Below are positions 1 through 10,705 of a DNA stretch of 64,000 nt, in pieces. This stretch comes from an uncultured Pseudomonadota bacterium. Lineage in GTDB: Bacteria; Pseudomonadota; Alphaproteobacteria; RF32; CAG-239. Both the position numbers and the translations under genes were made by a program. Where the stretch lies: NCBI GenBank assembly GCA_949295935.1, contig CASFMW010000002.1, forward strand, positions 290 through 64,289, given 5' to 3'. Position 1 is the stretch's first letter, and each line of letters opens with the position of its first letter. The notes beneath the pieces were generated by a model that was given only the letters and a program-made list of their open reading frames with translations, was not told the DNA's origin and made no database searches.

Positions 1-5
1 TTTCT

Positions 6-515
6 ATGCAAACAGGCAAAACGCCAATCGGCGTTGTGGTATATACCGGTGGCCAAGGCCATGGACAAGTAATGGCCTTAAAGTCGATAGGAAGTTACTA
101 TTGGTCAACGGAGAATGTAGATATTCCAACATTAACAAGCTTTAGCAGTGATCAAAGTGCAAGTTATGACTTAAATAGCTGTCTTAATACAGAGAAAATA
201 ATCGCAGCGGGCAATAAGAGTACATATCCGGCAGCCTGGGCGGCACATGAGTATAAAACAGAAGGAACAAACGCGGGAGATTGGTGTTTACCGGCAGCAG
301 GAATATTTACCTCATATTATAACAATAGACAGCTAGTAAATATAGGCATGACGAATGCGGGTGGGACACAATTCACAACCGGCACCTACGCTTGGTCGTC
401 GTCCGAGTACAATAGCTACTACGCGTGGATCTCAGACTTTAGCTACAGTTACGGTTTGGGCTACGTCCGCAATAAGGATAGCAGCAACGAGGTCCGCCCC
501 GTCCTCGAGTTTTAA
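6..515 (+). CDS. DUF1566 (Lcl C-terminal-like) domain protein; the frame is open to the window edge, so it may be the 3' part of a longer gene
   Basis: 169-aa ORF with no stop between position 1 and the ATG. The pattern 'GDWCLPAAG..(27 aa)..YAWSSSEY...AWISDF..G......K....VRPV' fits the DUF1566 signature (W-x-LP..., yWSS, aw.v.f..G, vR.V). Match made by eye only. Confidence 0.55.
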   Translation: MQTGKTPIGVVVYTGGQGHGQVMALKSIGSYYWSTENVDIPTLTSFSSDQSASYDLNSCLNTEKIIAAGNKSTYPAAWAAHEYKTEGTNAGDWCLPAAGIFTSYYNNRQLVNIGMTNAGGTQFTTGTYAWSSSEYNSYYAWISDFSYSYGLGYVRNKDSSNEVRPVLEF

Positions 516-527
516 TTAAACACAGCA

Positions 528-839
528 CGAGCTTTTCAAAAAGCTCGGAGAATGAGTCGAGTAGTAGGCGTCAAGGGCAAAAGTACCGGAGCGTACACAA
601 ACAGTACGTGAGGAAACTTTTGCCCCGCAGACAACGCACTAATCAACCGCAGAGCGAGCTTAAAACTGGGGATAGTAGTACAGATAGAGGCATTTCTAGC
701 TGCGAGAAAAATTTTAGTGTGCCGAACACCCAAAAGCTCGGAGAACACGGCAAATAATAAGATTTTAGGGCGACGACACCGCAGCGTACAGAGTAGTACG
801 TGAGGATGGCGGAGACCCGCTAAATCTGTATTAGTTGCC
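528..839. repeat. Structured intergenic repeat array, locus 1 (units A'-B-A)
   Basis: 'aaaagctcggagaa' occurs at 539-552 and 732-745. Hairpin cores are cgtac-N7-gtacg (592-608) and cgtac-N6-gtacg (785-800). The B module (650-719) is near-identical to 40232-40303. The A units fold into long imperfect hairpins. Confidence 0.75.
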
Positions 840-3176
840 CGTTATACGAGCTTTTTTGCGGAACGCTATCTTCAACACTTCAGATACTTCCTCCACCGGA
901 ATAATTTTCATCCCCTCTGTAACGATTGAAGGAATTTCAGCTAAGTCCTTCTCGTTGTCTTTCGGAATGATAACGGTTTTAATTCCGGCACGCAGAGCAG
1001 AAAGAAGCTTTTCTTTGAGCCCACCAATTGGCAGAACACGTCCTTGCAAGGTGATTTCACCCGTCATTGCCACATCTTTACGCACAGGAGTTTTGGTAAA
1101 GACCGAAACCAAAGTCGTATACATTGCAATTCCGGCAGAAGGACCATCTTTCGGCGTTGCACCTTCCGGCACATGAACATGAACATCAGTCTTTTCAAAA
1201 ACCTCAGGATCAATACCCAAATCTTTTGAATGAGCCCGCACAACAGAAAACGCCGTTTCGATAGATTCTTTCATCACATCGCCAAGCTTACCGGTCTGAA
1301 TAACTTTTCCTTTACCGGGCATATCCACCGCTTCGATAAAGAGAATATCGCCACCGACTTCCGTCCAAGCCAAACCGGTTGTAACACCGATATGATCTTT
1401 TTCCTCAGCCTCCCCATAACGGAAACGTATCACACCAAGATAATCCGACAGATTTTTCGGTGTTACTTCAAGTGCTTTTTTCTTAGCAGACTTCTTCTTT
1501 TCCTGAGTCAAAATAATGTCTTTAACCGCCTTGCGCGCAACTTTAGAAAGTTCGCGTTCAAGATTACGCACACCAGCCTCTCGTGTATAATAACGAATAA
1601 TATCACGAATAGCGGCATCAGTAATTTTGAGTTCGCCTTTTTTCAAAGCGTTTTCTTCAAAAATTTTTGGCACAAGATGTTGCTTAGCGATTTCGATTTT
1701 TTCTTCTTCGGTATAACCCGACAGACGAATAATCTCCATACGATCGAGCAGCGGCCGAGGCATATCCAACGAGTTTGCGGTTGTAATAAACATCACATCC
1801 GACAAATCATAATCAACTTCCAGATAATGGTCATTGAAACTTGAATTCTGCTCCGGATCCAACACTTCGAGCAAAGCCGAGCTTGGATCACCGCGCCAGT
1901 CATTACCGAGCTTGTCGATTTCATCAAGCAAAAACAGCGGATTTGATGTTCCGACTTTTTTCATACCTTTGATAATTTTACCAGGCATAGACCCGATATA
2001 AGTACGACGATGCCCTCTGATTTCGGCTTCATCACGCATACCGCCCAAAGAGGCACGCACAAACTTACGTCCTGTTGCCTCGGCAATCGAGCGTCCTAAA
2101 GAGGTTTTACCAACCCCCGGAGGTCCAACCAAGCACAGAATAGGACCTTTAACCTTATCCGCACGAGATTGCACAGCCAAATATTCCAAAATGCGCTCTT
2201 TAACTTTATCCAAACCATAGTGATCTTTATCCAAAATCTCCTTGGCTTTTTCCAAGTCTTTATTAACCTTAGACGGTGCCTTCCAAGGAATATCCAACAA
2301 CCAGTCAAGATAATTGCGCACTACCGTTGCCTCGCTGGACATCACACTCATGGTCTTGAGCTTTTTTGCCTCAGCAACAGCTTTTTCTTTGGCTTCTTTC
2401 GAGAGTTTTACCTTCTCAATTTTTTTCATATAAGTAGCATATTCTTCTTGCTCATCATCTCCGAGCTCTTTCTGAATAGCCTTCATCTGTTCATTCAGAT
2501 AATATTCTTTTTGGCTTTTTTCCATTTGCTTTTTAACGCGTGACTTGATTTTATTTTCAACCTCAAGCACAGTCATTTCAGCATTCATAAAGCCCAAAAT
2601 TTTTTCAAAACGAGTTTTAAGCGTTTGCGCCTCAAGCAGCTCTTGCTTTTCCGAAACCTTCAAAGACAAATGAGATGCTATGGTGTCTGCTAACTTACCA
2701 TAATCTTCAATCTGATTAATCGAAACCAGTACCTCAGGCGGAGTCTTACGAGAAAGCTTAACATATTCTTCAAACTGAGAAACAACTGCACGCGCCAAAG
2801 CCTCTTGTTCCATAGACTTAATATCGCTTTCAGGCAAAAGCTCGACTGCAGCCTCCATATAGGCTTCATTATCAACAAAGTTGCTGACCTTAACCCGACG
2901 AATTCCCTCAATCAAAACCTTAAGCGTTCCATCCGGCAGCTTTAACATCTGCAAAACCGTGGCCAGTGTTCCCACATGATAAACATCATCGCTTTTAGGA
3001 TCCTCCACCGAAGCATCTTTCTGTGTGAGCAAGATGATATTATCGTCAGTATCGACCACTTCCTGCAACGCACTAATTGACTTTCCTCTTCCGACAAACA
3101 AAGGAACAATCATTTTCGGATAAACGACAATATCGCGTAACGGAAGCACCGGATGAATTTCTTTTTTAGCAGCCAT
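831..3176 (-). CDS. lon: ATP-dependent protease Lon (La)
   Basis: 781 aa. Lon N-terminal domain, Walker A 'GPPGVGKTS', Walker B 'LFLLDEIDK', and the C-terminal protease motif 'PKDGPSAG' holding the catalytic Ser. Confidence 0.97.
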   Translation of the reverse strand: MAAKKEIHPVLPLRDIVVYPKMIVPLFVGRGKSISALQEVVDTDDNIILLTQKDASVEDPKSDDVYHVGTLATVLQMLKLPDGTLKVLIEGIRRVKVSNFVDNEAYMEAAVELLPESDIKSMEQEALARAVVSQFEEYVKLSRKTPPEVLVSINQIEDYGKLADTIASHLSLKVSEKQELLEAQTLKTRFEKILGFMNAEMTVLEVENKIKSRVKKQMEKSQKEYYLNEQMKAIQKELGDDEQEEYATYMKKIEKVKLSKEAKEKAVAEAKKLKTMSVMSSEATVVRNYLDWLLDIPWKAPSKVNKDLEKAKEILDKDHYGLDKVKERILEYLAVQSRADKVKGPILCLVGPPGVGKTSLGRSIAEATGRKFVRASLGGMRDEAEIRGHRRTYIGSMPGKIIKGMKKVGTSNPLFLLDEIDKLGNDWRGDPSSALLEVLDPEQNSSFNDHYLEVDYDLSDVMFITTANSLDMPRPLLDRMEIIRLSGYTEEEKIEIAKQHLVPKIFEENALKKGELKITDAAIRDIIRYYTREAGVRNLERELSKVARKAVKDIILTQEKKKSAKKKALEVTPKNLSDYLGVIRFRYGEAEEKDHIGVTTGLAWTEVGGDILFIEAVDMPGKGKVIQTGKLGDVMKESIETAFSVVRAHSKDLGIDPEVFEKTDVHVHVPEGATPKDGPSAGIAMYTTLVSVFTKTPVRKDVAMTGEITLQGRVLPIGGLKEKLLSALRAGIKTVIIPKDNEKDLAEIPSIVTEGMKIIPVEEVSEVLKIAFRKKARITGN

Positions 3177-3215
3177 AATACCCTCGATTCTGAGATGAAA
3201 CGAACCATAATGATT

Positions 3216-3244
3216 ATATAAGCCCTCCTCTCATATGATGCAAG
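3216..3244 (-). promoter_or_regulatory. Candidate RpoH (sigma-32) type heat-shock promoter upstream of lon
   Basis: The minus strand reads CTTG-N18-CTTATAT about 40 nt upstream of the lon ATG. This resembles the alphaproteobacterial heat-shock consensus CTTG-N17/18-CYTATNT. Confidence 0.3.
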
Positions 3245-3322
3245 AGGGCAAGACACAGAATGGCACAGAAGAAAGATTCGGGCAAACGCCAAAACCGTTT
3301 AATCCACAGTCATAAAAAAAGA

Positions 3323-3694
3323 TTAAGTTTTATTGACAAAAGACTGCATTTTTAACAAAGCCTGTTGATATCTTTGATACAAAGTTGAACGATGATGTTT
3401 AAACCTAACGCACAATAACTTCCAAGAAACATTGCACGAGCGCTTCCACACCAACTTGGTTTCAAAAGCATTAAGGCACTGATACCAATCCAAAATTTTT
3501 TCCATACGAGAAATCTCTTCCGGCGTCGGACGGTAATAATAAGATTGCAGCTTTTGCGCCGAAACTTCTTCCGCCGTATAGATTAATCGCGGCCAAGAAG
3601 ATCGACACTTCTGCACCCGAACCGGCGGTAAAAAACGCATAACAAATGCCGCAAAGGCTAAGTCCCTTTTCAAAACTTCCAAACTTTTACGCAT
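3323..3694 (-). CDS. Hypothetical protein with a possible C-terminal HTH
   Basis: 123-aa ORF, 12 nt downstream of ORF 3707-4138 on the same strand. The C-terminal segment 'WKLLCVRFKHHRSTLYQRYQQALLKM' resembles a sigma-r4/LuxR-like HTH. No family recognised with confidence. Confidence 0.45.
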   Translation of the reverse strand: MRKSLEVLKRDLAFAAFVMRFLPPVRVQKCRSSWPRLIYTAEEVSAQKLQSYYYRPTPEEISRMEKILDWYQCLNAFETKLVWKRSCNVSWKLLCVRFKHHRSTLYQRYQQALLKMQSFVNKT

Positions 3695-3706
3695 AACAAA
3701 AAATCC

Positions 3707-4138
3707 TTAGCTTAAAACATTTAACTTTGAAACTTTTGCCACTATTTTATCTATCCGGCGCAAGATGTCTGAGCTCAAATTCCGCTTTAACACCGCAGAA
3801 TAAAAATGCGGTGTCTGAAGCACTTTCAGAGCCACCGCAATCAAAGCCTTTCGCTGCCAAAAGCGATAATCAAATCCGGTCAAATCACACCACCGCATAA
3901 AATCTCTGTAGTTTTTGCTCTTTTTATCAAAAAAGAAATGATAAGCTCCCAACCGACAATATTTATAATAAATATCGTTCTTAGTTTTTTCCCACGGAAA
4001 AACATCCATCACAATGTCTAAAGTCAAATCATCGATTAAACGTTCAAAAATCGCATGAACCAAATTCAAATACGGACAAGTATAAACCATCAAATTGCGG
4101 TTATCTTCATCATCCGGTTCTTTTTTCTTTCTACCCAT
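3707..4138 (-). CDS. Hypothetical protein, divergent from the cI-like repressor
   Basis: 143-aa ORF with a basic N-terminus (MGRKKKEPDDED). It is transcribed divergently from the 4410 repressor across a 271-nt AT-rich spacer. No recognisable domain. Confidence 0.45.
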   Translation of the reverse strand: MGRKKKEPDDEDNRNLMVYTCPYLNLVHAIFERLIDDLTLDIVMDVFPWEKTKNDIYYKYCRLGAYHFFFDKKSKNYRDFMRWCDLTGFDYRFWQRKALIAVALKVLQTPHFYSAVLKRNLSSDILRRIDKIVAKVSKLNVLS

Positions 4139-4264
4139 AGCAACTCACCTAAACAAATCAGTTAAGATTTAAAGTCCAAGTCGAAAAAAAAGTCCGTGAT
4201 AGTCAAAAAAATTATCTGATAGCTCTTTAAAATTCAAAAAGAAGAAATAAATAAGAAGAATAAA

Positions 4265-4299
4265 AAATTCAGATAATGAATAAATAATATTCTGAATTT
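4265..4299. promoter_or_regulatory. Candidate operator (9-bp perfect inverted repeat)
   Basis: aaattcaga (4265-4273) and tctgaattt (4291-4299) are separated by 17 nt. The repeat lies in the divergent promoter region between 3707-4138 (-) and 4410-5012 (+). Confidence 0.3.
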
Positions 4300-4409
4300 A
4301 AATTTAAGTCAACACCACAATATGAGTTATCCTCAAGAAAAATTATTATTTGACAAGAAGATATCTCTAAAATAACTTAAAACAAACAACAAACTGTCGA
4401 GAAAAAAAT

Positions 4410-5012
4410 ATGAATAATATTCGTCGCCTAAGAGAAAAAAAACACCTCACTGCCAAAGAGCTTGGCCAAGCAATCGGAAAATCACAACCCACCATCTGCA
4501 AATGGGAAAAAGCCCCATCATTGCGCTACGAACACGCAAAGCTAATTGCAGATTATTTTAAGGTTCCGGTCTATGAAGTCATCGGCGAAAAGCCGGAACA
4601 ATACCTTGAAGACATAAGACAAGACATGGTCTCTATTGACATCATAAATCTTCAAAAAGACAGCTCAAAAATTCTCGGCAGACAGCTCATGCCGGTCACA
4701 GTCTTAAAAGAATACACCAGCACTGCCCCCGAAAGCATTAAAATCATAAAAATAGACAGCGAAGCCATGAAACCCACCATCAGCCCCAATGATATGGTTT
4801 GGGTTGACACCGCCTGCAAATCACCTGACAGTGACGGCATTTACCTGTTGAATATCGGTGATAAACCTACACTTAAAAGAATACAAATAAAACCTCTGGA
4901 AAATTCTGCCATCATAAAATCTGACAACCCGCAATACGGCAGTTTTGACTATGATGACTACCGTCGCATAAAAGTATTAGGCAAAGTTATTTTTCATATT
5001 CAAAAACTCTAA
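4410..5012 (+). CDS. XRE-family HTH / S24 (LexA/cI-like) peptidase-fold repressor
   Basis: N-terminal HTH_3-like 'IRRLREKKHLTAKELGQAIGKSQPTICKWEK'. The C-terminal S24 fold has 'SEAMKPTISPNDMVWVD' and '...LKRIQ'. Ala sits where the G-x-S-M nucleophile Ser is expected. Confidence 0.85.
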   Translation: MNNIRRLREKKHLTAKELGQAIGKSQPTICKWEKAPSLRYEHAKLIADYFKVPVYEVIGEKPEQYLEDIRQDMVSIDIINLQKDSSKILGRQLMPVTVLKEYTSTAPESIKIIKIDSEAMKPTISPNDMVWVDTACKSPDSDGIYLLNIGDKPTLKRIQIKPLENSAIIKSDNPQYGSFDYDDYRRIKVLGKVIFHIQKL

Positions 5013-5094
5013 TCCTGTGGATAAGGGAATTGATTTTAATTCCTAAAATTGGTACGATTTATTCGTTTTCTGAATATTTGAAAAGGACGCGAAT

Positions 5095-5406
5095 ATGAAT
5101 AAGATTTCGACGGACTATTTTGCTTTTCCGGCAGTAAGCAGCCTAAAAAAAGCTTATAAAGAATATATCAATAAAAACAACAACCCCTATCTCCAACATT
5201 TTATGCCTGAAGACGAAGAATTACTCATTGACGAAGAACGAAAAATTGTTATTCCGCTAAGCAAAGAAGACCAACACCGCGAAGCCGAAATGGAACTATT
5301 ATATGATAACGACGGCTGGTTTGATGAACTCGTGCATGACAGCCCGCTAAGAGAAGACGTTACAGAAGTCATCCGAACAATATTAAAAGATTTTAGCTGT
5401 CACTAA
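5095..5406 (+). CDS. Hypothetical acidic protein
   Basis: 103-aa ORF downstream of the repressor on the same strand, followed by a hairpin terminator. No recognisable domain. Confidence 0.45.
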   Translation: MNKISTDYFAFPAVSSLKKAYKEYINKNNNPYLQHFMPEDEELLIDEERKIVIPLSKEDQHREAEMELLYDNDGWFDELVHDSPLREDVTEVIRTILKDFSCH

Positions 5407-5432
5407 AAAAATCGGCTCTGAGAGCCGATTTT
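5405..5432. terminator. Bidirectional rho-independent terminator (convergent 5095 ORF / atpC)
   Basis: Stem atcggct (5411-5417) / agccgat (5423-5429), with an A-run on one side and a T-run on the other. Confidence 0.6.
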
Positions 5433-5444
5433 CCTTTGATACTC

Positions 5445-5813
5445 TTACTTGGAAGAAAGAGTGAACTCATCAATAATAACTTTGTAATAATCTTTAATTT
5501 CATCCGTCGTTGCTTTTTCATAACGCAGTTTAGCCTCTTCAAGTGTCATATCGTCATAAGCATGAACAATCTCTGATTCGATACGGCAAACATCTTGTGC
5601 AATATCAGCTACACCACCATGAACAAAAAAACGATGTACTATACGATTATCCTCATCCAGAGCTTTCACCTGACCATTACGCAACAAAAGATACGTCGGC
5701 GCTCTATCAGGCAAAACCGTCAAATCGCCAGCCACTGCAGGAACAATAATCTTCGCAACCTTAGATTCCGAAAACTCTGACATCGGACGCAAAATCTTCA
5801 ACATAACAGTCAT
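5445..5813 (-). CDS. atpC: F0F1 ATP synthase subunit epsilon
   Basis: 122 aa and last gene of atpHAGDC. The motif 'VPAVAGDLTVLPDRAP' matches the epsilon beta-sandwich (vP...Ge.gvL..H.p). Confidence 0.9.
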   Translation of the reverse strand: MTVMLKILRPMSEFSESKVAKIIVPAVAGDLTVLPDRAPTYLLLRNGQVKALDEDNRIVHRFFVHGGVADIAQDVCRIESEIVHAYDDMTLEEAKLRYEKATTDEIKDYYKVIIDEFTLSSK

Positions 5814-5886
5814 AAGTAAAACTCCTACAAAACCGGCGCATCTCAGTCTTGTTATCTCCCCCGAGACACGCCGATAAAATCTTAGA

Positions 5887-7467
<1,581 letters not shown>

Positions 7468-7486
7468 TTATAATAATTCACTAAAA

Positions 7487-8407
7487 CTAAATCGCTTCCG
7501 CACCGGAAATAATCTCGGTCAATTCGGTAGTAATCGCCGATTGACGAATACCATTGTAGCGAAGCGTTAATTTTGAAATCATATCCGTCGCATTGCGAGT
7601 TGCATTATCCATCGAAGCCATACGCGCGCCCTGCTCTGAAGCCTGTGCCTGAACAAAAGTATTGAACATTTGTGCTTTAACCATCATGATTAACAGCCCG
7701 TCAAGTAAAACTTCTTTTTCAGGTTCATAATCATAGAAAGCGTCACCGGCCATATTAATTGGCATCGTTTGTTCATCGCTTACAACTTCAGGAAAAGACG
7801 CCGGCAAAAACGGACGAGATTTTGTTTCGCGACTAATTGCGGAGATAAAAGAGCTGCTGACGATTTCAATTTTATCATACTCTCCGGCCTCAAAAGCTTT
7901 AAGAATAGGATGCAAAATTTCTACTGCTTCATCAAAATCAGCACCTTTACGAGCAATTCCTTCATAAGATTGTACGATAAGCTCAGCATAACGACTTTTA
8001 AGAATATCGCGTGCTTTTTTACCGATACAAATAAGCTTAACAGCTTTTCCCTCAGCCTCAAGCTCCTTAATGCGCTGACCGGCAGCACGTGCAACATGAG
8101 CATTATAGCTGCCGCACAACCCTTTATCTGAAGAAATAACGATTAACAAATAGTTCTTATCTTTTCCTGTTCCGGTCAACAAAGCCGGAACATCAAAAGT
8201 AATTCCTTTTGTCAGTTCGTCTTGCTTCAAATCAAAGGCAACGCGCTGCGCACCACGAAGCAAAGATTCGTAGTACGCAGAACTTTTACCGATAAGACCT
8301 TGGGCACGACGCAAACCGGCAGCAGCCACCATCTTCATTGCTGAAGTAATTTTTTTAGTAGACTTAATCGCCTCAATGCGTGTCCTTAATTCTTTCAAGC
8401 CGGCCAT
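7487..8407 (-). CDS. atpG: F0F1 ATP synthase subunit gamma
   Basis: 306 aa. 'LKELRTRIEAIKSTKKITSAMKMVAAA' at the N-terminus and '...LTLRYNGIRQSAITTELTEIISGAEA' at the C-terminus. Confidence 0.95.
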   Translation of the reverse strand: MAGLKELRTRIEAIKSTKKITSAMKMVAAAGLRRAQGLIGKSSAYYESLLRGAQRVAFDLKQDELTKGITFDVPALLTGTGKDKNYLLIVISSDKGLCGSYNAHVARAAGQRIKELEAEGKAVKLICIGKKARDILKSRYAELIVQSYEGIARKGADFDEAVEILHPILKAFEAGEYDKIEIVSSSFISAISRETKSRPFLPASFPEVVSDEQTMPINMAGDAFYDYEPEKEVLLDGLLIMMVKAQMFNTFVQAQASEQGARMASMDNATRNATDMISKLTLRYNGIRQSAITTELTEIISGAEAI

Positions 8408-8416
8408 GATTATTCC

Positions 8417-9967
8417 TTACGCTGCTTGTTTTTGGTTAGCAAATTCCTGAGTAAACTTTTCAAAGTAAGCTGTCAGCTTCTTGTCAAGCTCATCAGAAAT
8501 CACCTTGGTGTTGCGAATTTCTTCCAAAAACTCCGGATAGTTAGCTTTGATGTCAGCCAAAGCCTGAGCTTCAAAAGCTTTAACATCAGCCACAGCTATC
8601 GAATCAAGGAAGCCGCGCACACCGGCAAAAATCGAAACGACCTGATCTTCAACACTCATCGGGTGATAAACAGGTTGCTTCAACAACTCAGTCAAACGCT
8701 CACCACGAGCCAAGAGCTGCTTTGTTGCCGGATCCAAATCGGAAGCAAATTGAGCAAAGGCAGCCATTTCACGATATTGAGCCAAGTCAAGTTTGATTTT
8801 ACCGGCAACCTGCTTCATTGCTTTAATCTGAGCGGCAGAACCCACACGGCTAACAGAAATACCAACATTAACCGCCGGACGCACACCTTGATAAAACAGC
8901 GAGCTCTCCAAAAAGATCTGACCATCCGTGATTGAAATAACATTTGTCGGAATATAGGCCGAAACGTCACCGGCTTGAGTTTCAATAACCGGCAAAGCGG
9001 TCAAAGAACCAGCCCCGAGCTCATCACTCATCTTAGCGGCACGTTCCAACAAACGAGAGTGCAGATAGAACACATCTCCCGGATAAGCCTCACGCCCTGG
9101 CGGACGACGAAGAAGCAAAGACATCTGACGATAAGCCGTAGCTTGCTTCGATAAGTCATCATAAAAGATAGTTGCATGCATTCCGTTATCGCGGAAATAC
9201 TCACCCATTGCACAACCTGAATAAGGCGCAATATACTGCATCGGTGCAGGATCAGAAGCAGTTGCGGCAACCACAATGGTATAATCCATTGCACCATAGT
9301 CTTTCAAGGTTTGAACAACGCGAGCCACGGTTGAGCGCTTTTGCCCAACGGCAACATAGATGCAATACATTTTATCTTTTTCAGACTTTGCGGCATCATT
9401 AATTTTTTTCTGATTAATAATGGTGTCTACGATAATAGAGGTTTTACCTGTCTGACGGTCACCAATGATTAACTCACGCTGTCCTCTTCCGATAGGGATA
9501 AGAGAGTCAACGATTTTCAAACCGGTCTGAACAGGTTCATGAACACTACGGCGAGCAACAATACCCGGAGCTTTAATTTCAGAGTTGCTATACTCTTTTG
9601 CTTTAATGGCACCTTTGCCGTCTATGGGCTCACCCAAAGCATCGACCACACGCCCCAAAAGCTCTTTTCCGACCGGAACGCTCACGATTTTATCAGTACG
9701 TCTGACCGTATCGCCCTCTTTAATATCCTCATCGGAACCAAAGATAACGACACCGACATTATCCTCTTCCAAGTTAAGAGCCATACCTTTAACACCGGAT
9801 TCAAATTCAACCAATTCATTTGCCTGAACTTTATCCAAGCCATAGACATGGGCAATTCCGTCACCAACGGACAAAACCTTACCAACCTCAGCCACGTCAA
9901 GCGTCACTTTGGCATTAGTGATTCTATCCTTAATGATGGAAGAAATTTCGCTGGCAACTACAGACAT
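8417..9967 (-). CDS. atpA: F0F1 ATP synthase subunit alpha
   Basis: 516 aa. Walker A 'GDRQTGKTS', plus '[42 protein letters not shown]'. Confidence 0.97.
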   Translation of the reverse strand: MSVVASEISSIIKDRITNAKVTLDVAEVGKVLSVGDGIAHVYGLDKVQANELVEFESGVKGMALNLEEDNVGVVIFGSDEDIKEGDTVRRTDKIVSVPVGKELLGRVVDALGEPIDGKGAIKAKEYSNSEIKAPGIVARRSVHEPVQTGLKIVDSLIPIGRGQRELIIGDRQTGKTSIIVDTIINQKKINDAAKSEKDKMYCIYVAVGQKRSTVARVVQTLKDYGAMDYTIVVAATASDPAPMQYIAPYSGCAMGEYFRDNGMHATIFYDDLSKQATAYRQMSLLLRRPPGREAYPGDVFYLHSRLLERAAKMSDELGAGSLTALPVIETQAGDVSAYIPTNVISITDGQIFLESSLFYQGVRPAVNVGISVSRVGSAAQIKAMKQVAGKIKLDLAQYREMAAFAQFASDLDPATKQLLARGERLTELLKQPVYHPMSVEDQVVSIFAGVRGFLDSIAVADVKAFEAQALADIKANYPEFLEEIRNTKVISDELDKKLTAYFEKFTQEFANQKQAA

Positions 9968-10521
9968 TATTGTCCACCTTTCATTATTGATTCCAAACGA
10001 TTTAATTTTCCTTTGAGTGAATCATCGATCATATCCGAACCGAAAGACACGGTCAGACCACCCAAAATTTCGGGCTTAATGACATAATTCACAAGGACAT
10101 CTTTTTTAAGAAAAGCCTTAAGATTCTCTCTCAAAGCTTTATCCTGAGCAACAGAAAGCTCTTTTACGGTTTCAACCGCAACTTCCACAATATTATGCTT
10201 TTGCAAATAAAGACTGCGATAAGCTTTCAAAATGAGTTCAAACTCAGAAAAACGATTATTTTCGGCCATAACATTAAGGCAACGCAATGTCTCGGGCGCC
10301 AATTTCAGCTTTCCGGCAACTTCTTTAAGAGCCGCCTTTTTATCATCGATTTCCCATAACGGATTCGCAAGCATCACAATAGCCTGACGATACCCTGTAG
10401 CCTGATCCAGCAACAAATCAATGTCGCGAATAACGGCCTTTGCATCACCATCTTGCAAAGCTCCTTGAAAAAGAGATTCAGCATAAGTTGTAGCAATTTT
10501 AATTTTAGATTCTTTTTTCAC
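9967..10521 (-). CDS. atpH: F0F1 ATP synthase subunit delta (OSCP)
   Basis: It sits upstream of atpA with a 1-nt overlap. The ORF is open to 10599 (210 aa), but the conserved region starts near the GTG at 10521 ([18 protein letters not shown]), giving a typical ~184 aa. The start is uncertain. Confidence 0.85.
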   Translation of the reverse strand: MKKESKIKIATTYAESLFQGALQDGDAKAVIRDIDLLLDQATGYRQAIVMLANPLWEIDDKKAALKEVAGKLKLAPETLRCLNVMAENNRFSEFELILKAYRSLYLQKHNIVEVAVETVKELSVAQDKALRENLKAFLKKDVLVNYVIKPEILGGLTVSFGSDMIDDSLKGKLNRLESIMKGGQ

Positions 10522-10705
10522 GAGCAAACTCTGAATACTGATTAGGTTAAATCTGCAAAGACTATAACCTGAAATTATTTCTATTTTATTAAGATTCATA
10601 AAATCGAAAATCGAAATTTCAACTTACGCACAAGAAAACACCAAGTTTTTTTATAAAAATCATAGCATTAGAGCAAAAAGAAAAGAATAAGATTTAACTT
10701 TTATA

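Noticed and set aside
536-748. 70-aa ORF on the minus strand within the lon-proximal repeat, and the analogous 61-aa ORF at 40027-40212
   Set aside because: Both lie entirely inside the structured repeat arrays. Their reading frames are not conserved between the two loci, and neither has an SD. I treat them as chance ORFs.
528-839. The A/B repeat array as a CRISPR array
   Set aside because: The units are 70-110 nt, heterogeneous, internally palindromic and directly abutting. There are no short identical repeats with unique spacers and no cas genes in the window.
835-3292. Numerous 60-200-aa ORFs antisense to or overlapping lon, and likewise inside atpD/A/G, priA, bamA, topA, recJ, the RND pump and others
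   Set aside because: They are embedded in long genes with unambiguous homology on the other strand or frame. They show low-complexity or odd composition typical of shadow ORFs.
3323-5406. The repressor module as an intact prophage
   Set aside because: It has only four small genes. No integrase, terminase, capsid, tail or lysis genes are present, and it is flanked directly by lon and atpC. At most it is a remnant or a domesticated regulatory module.
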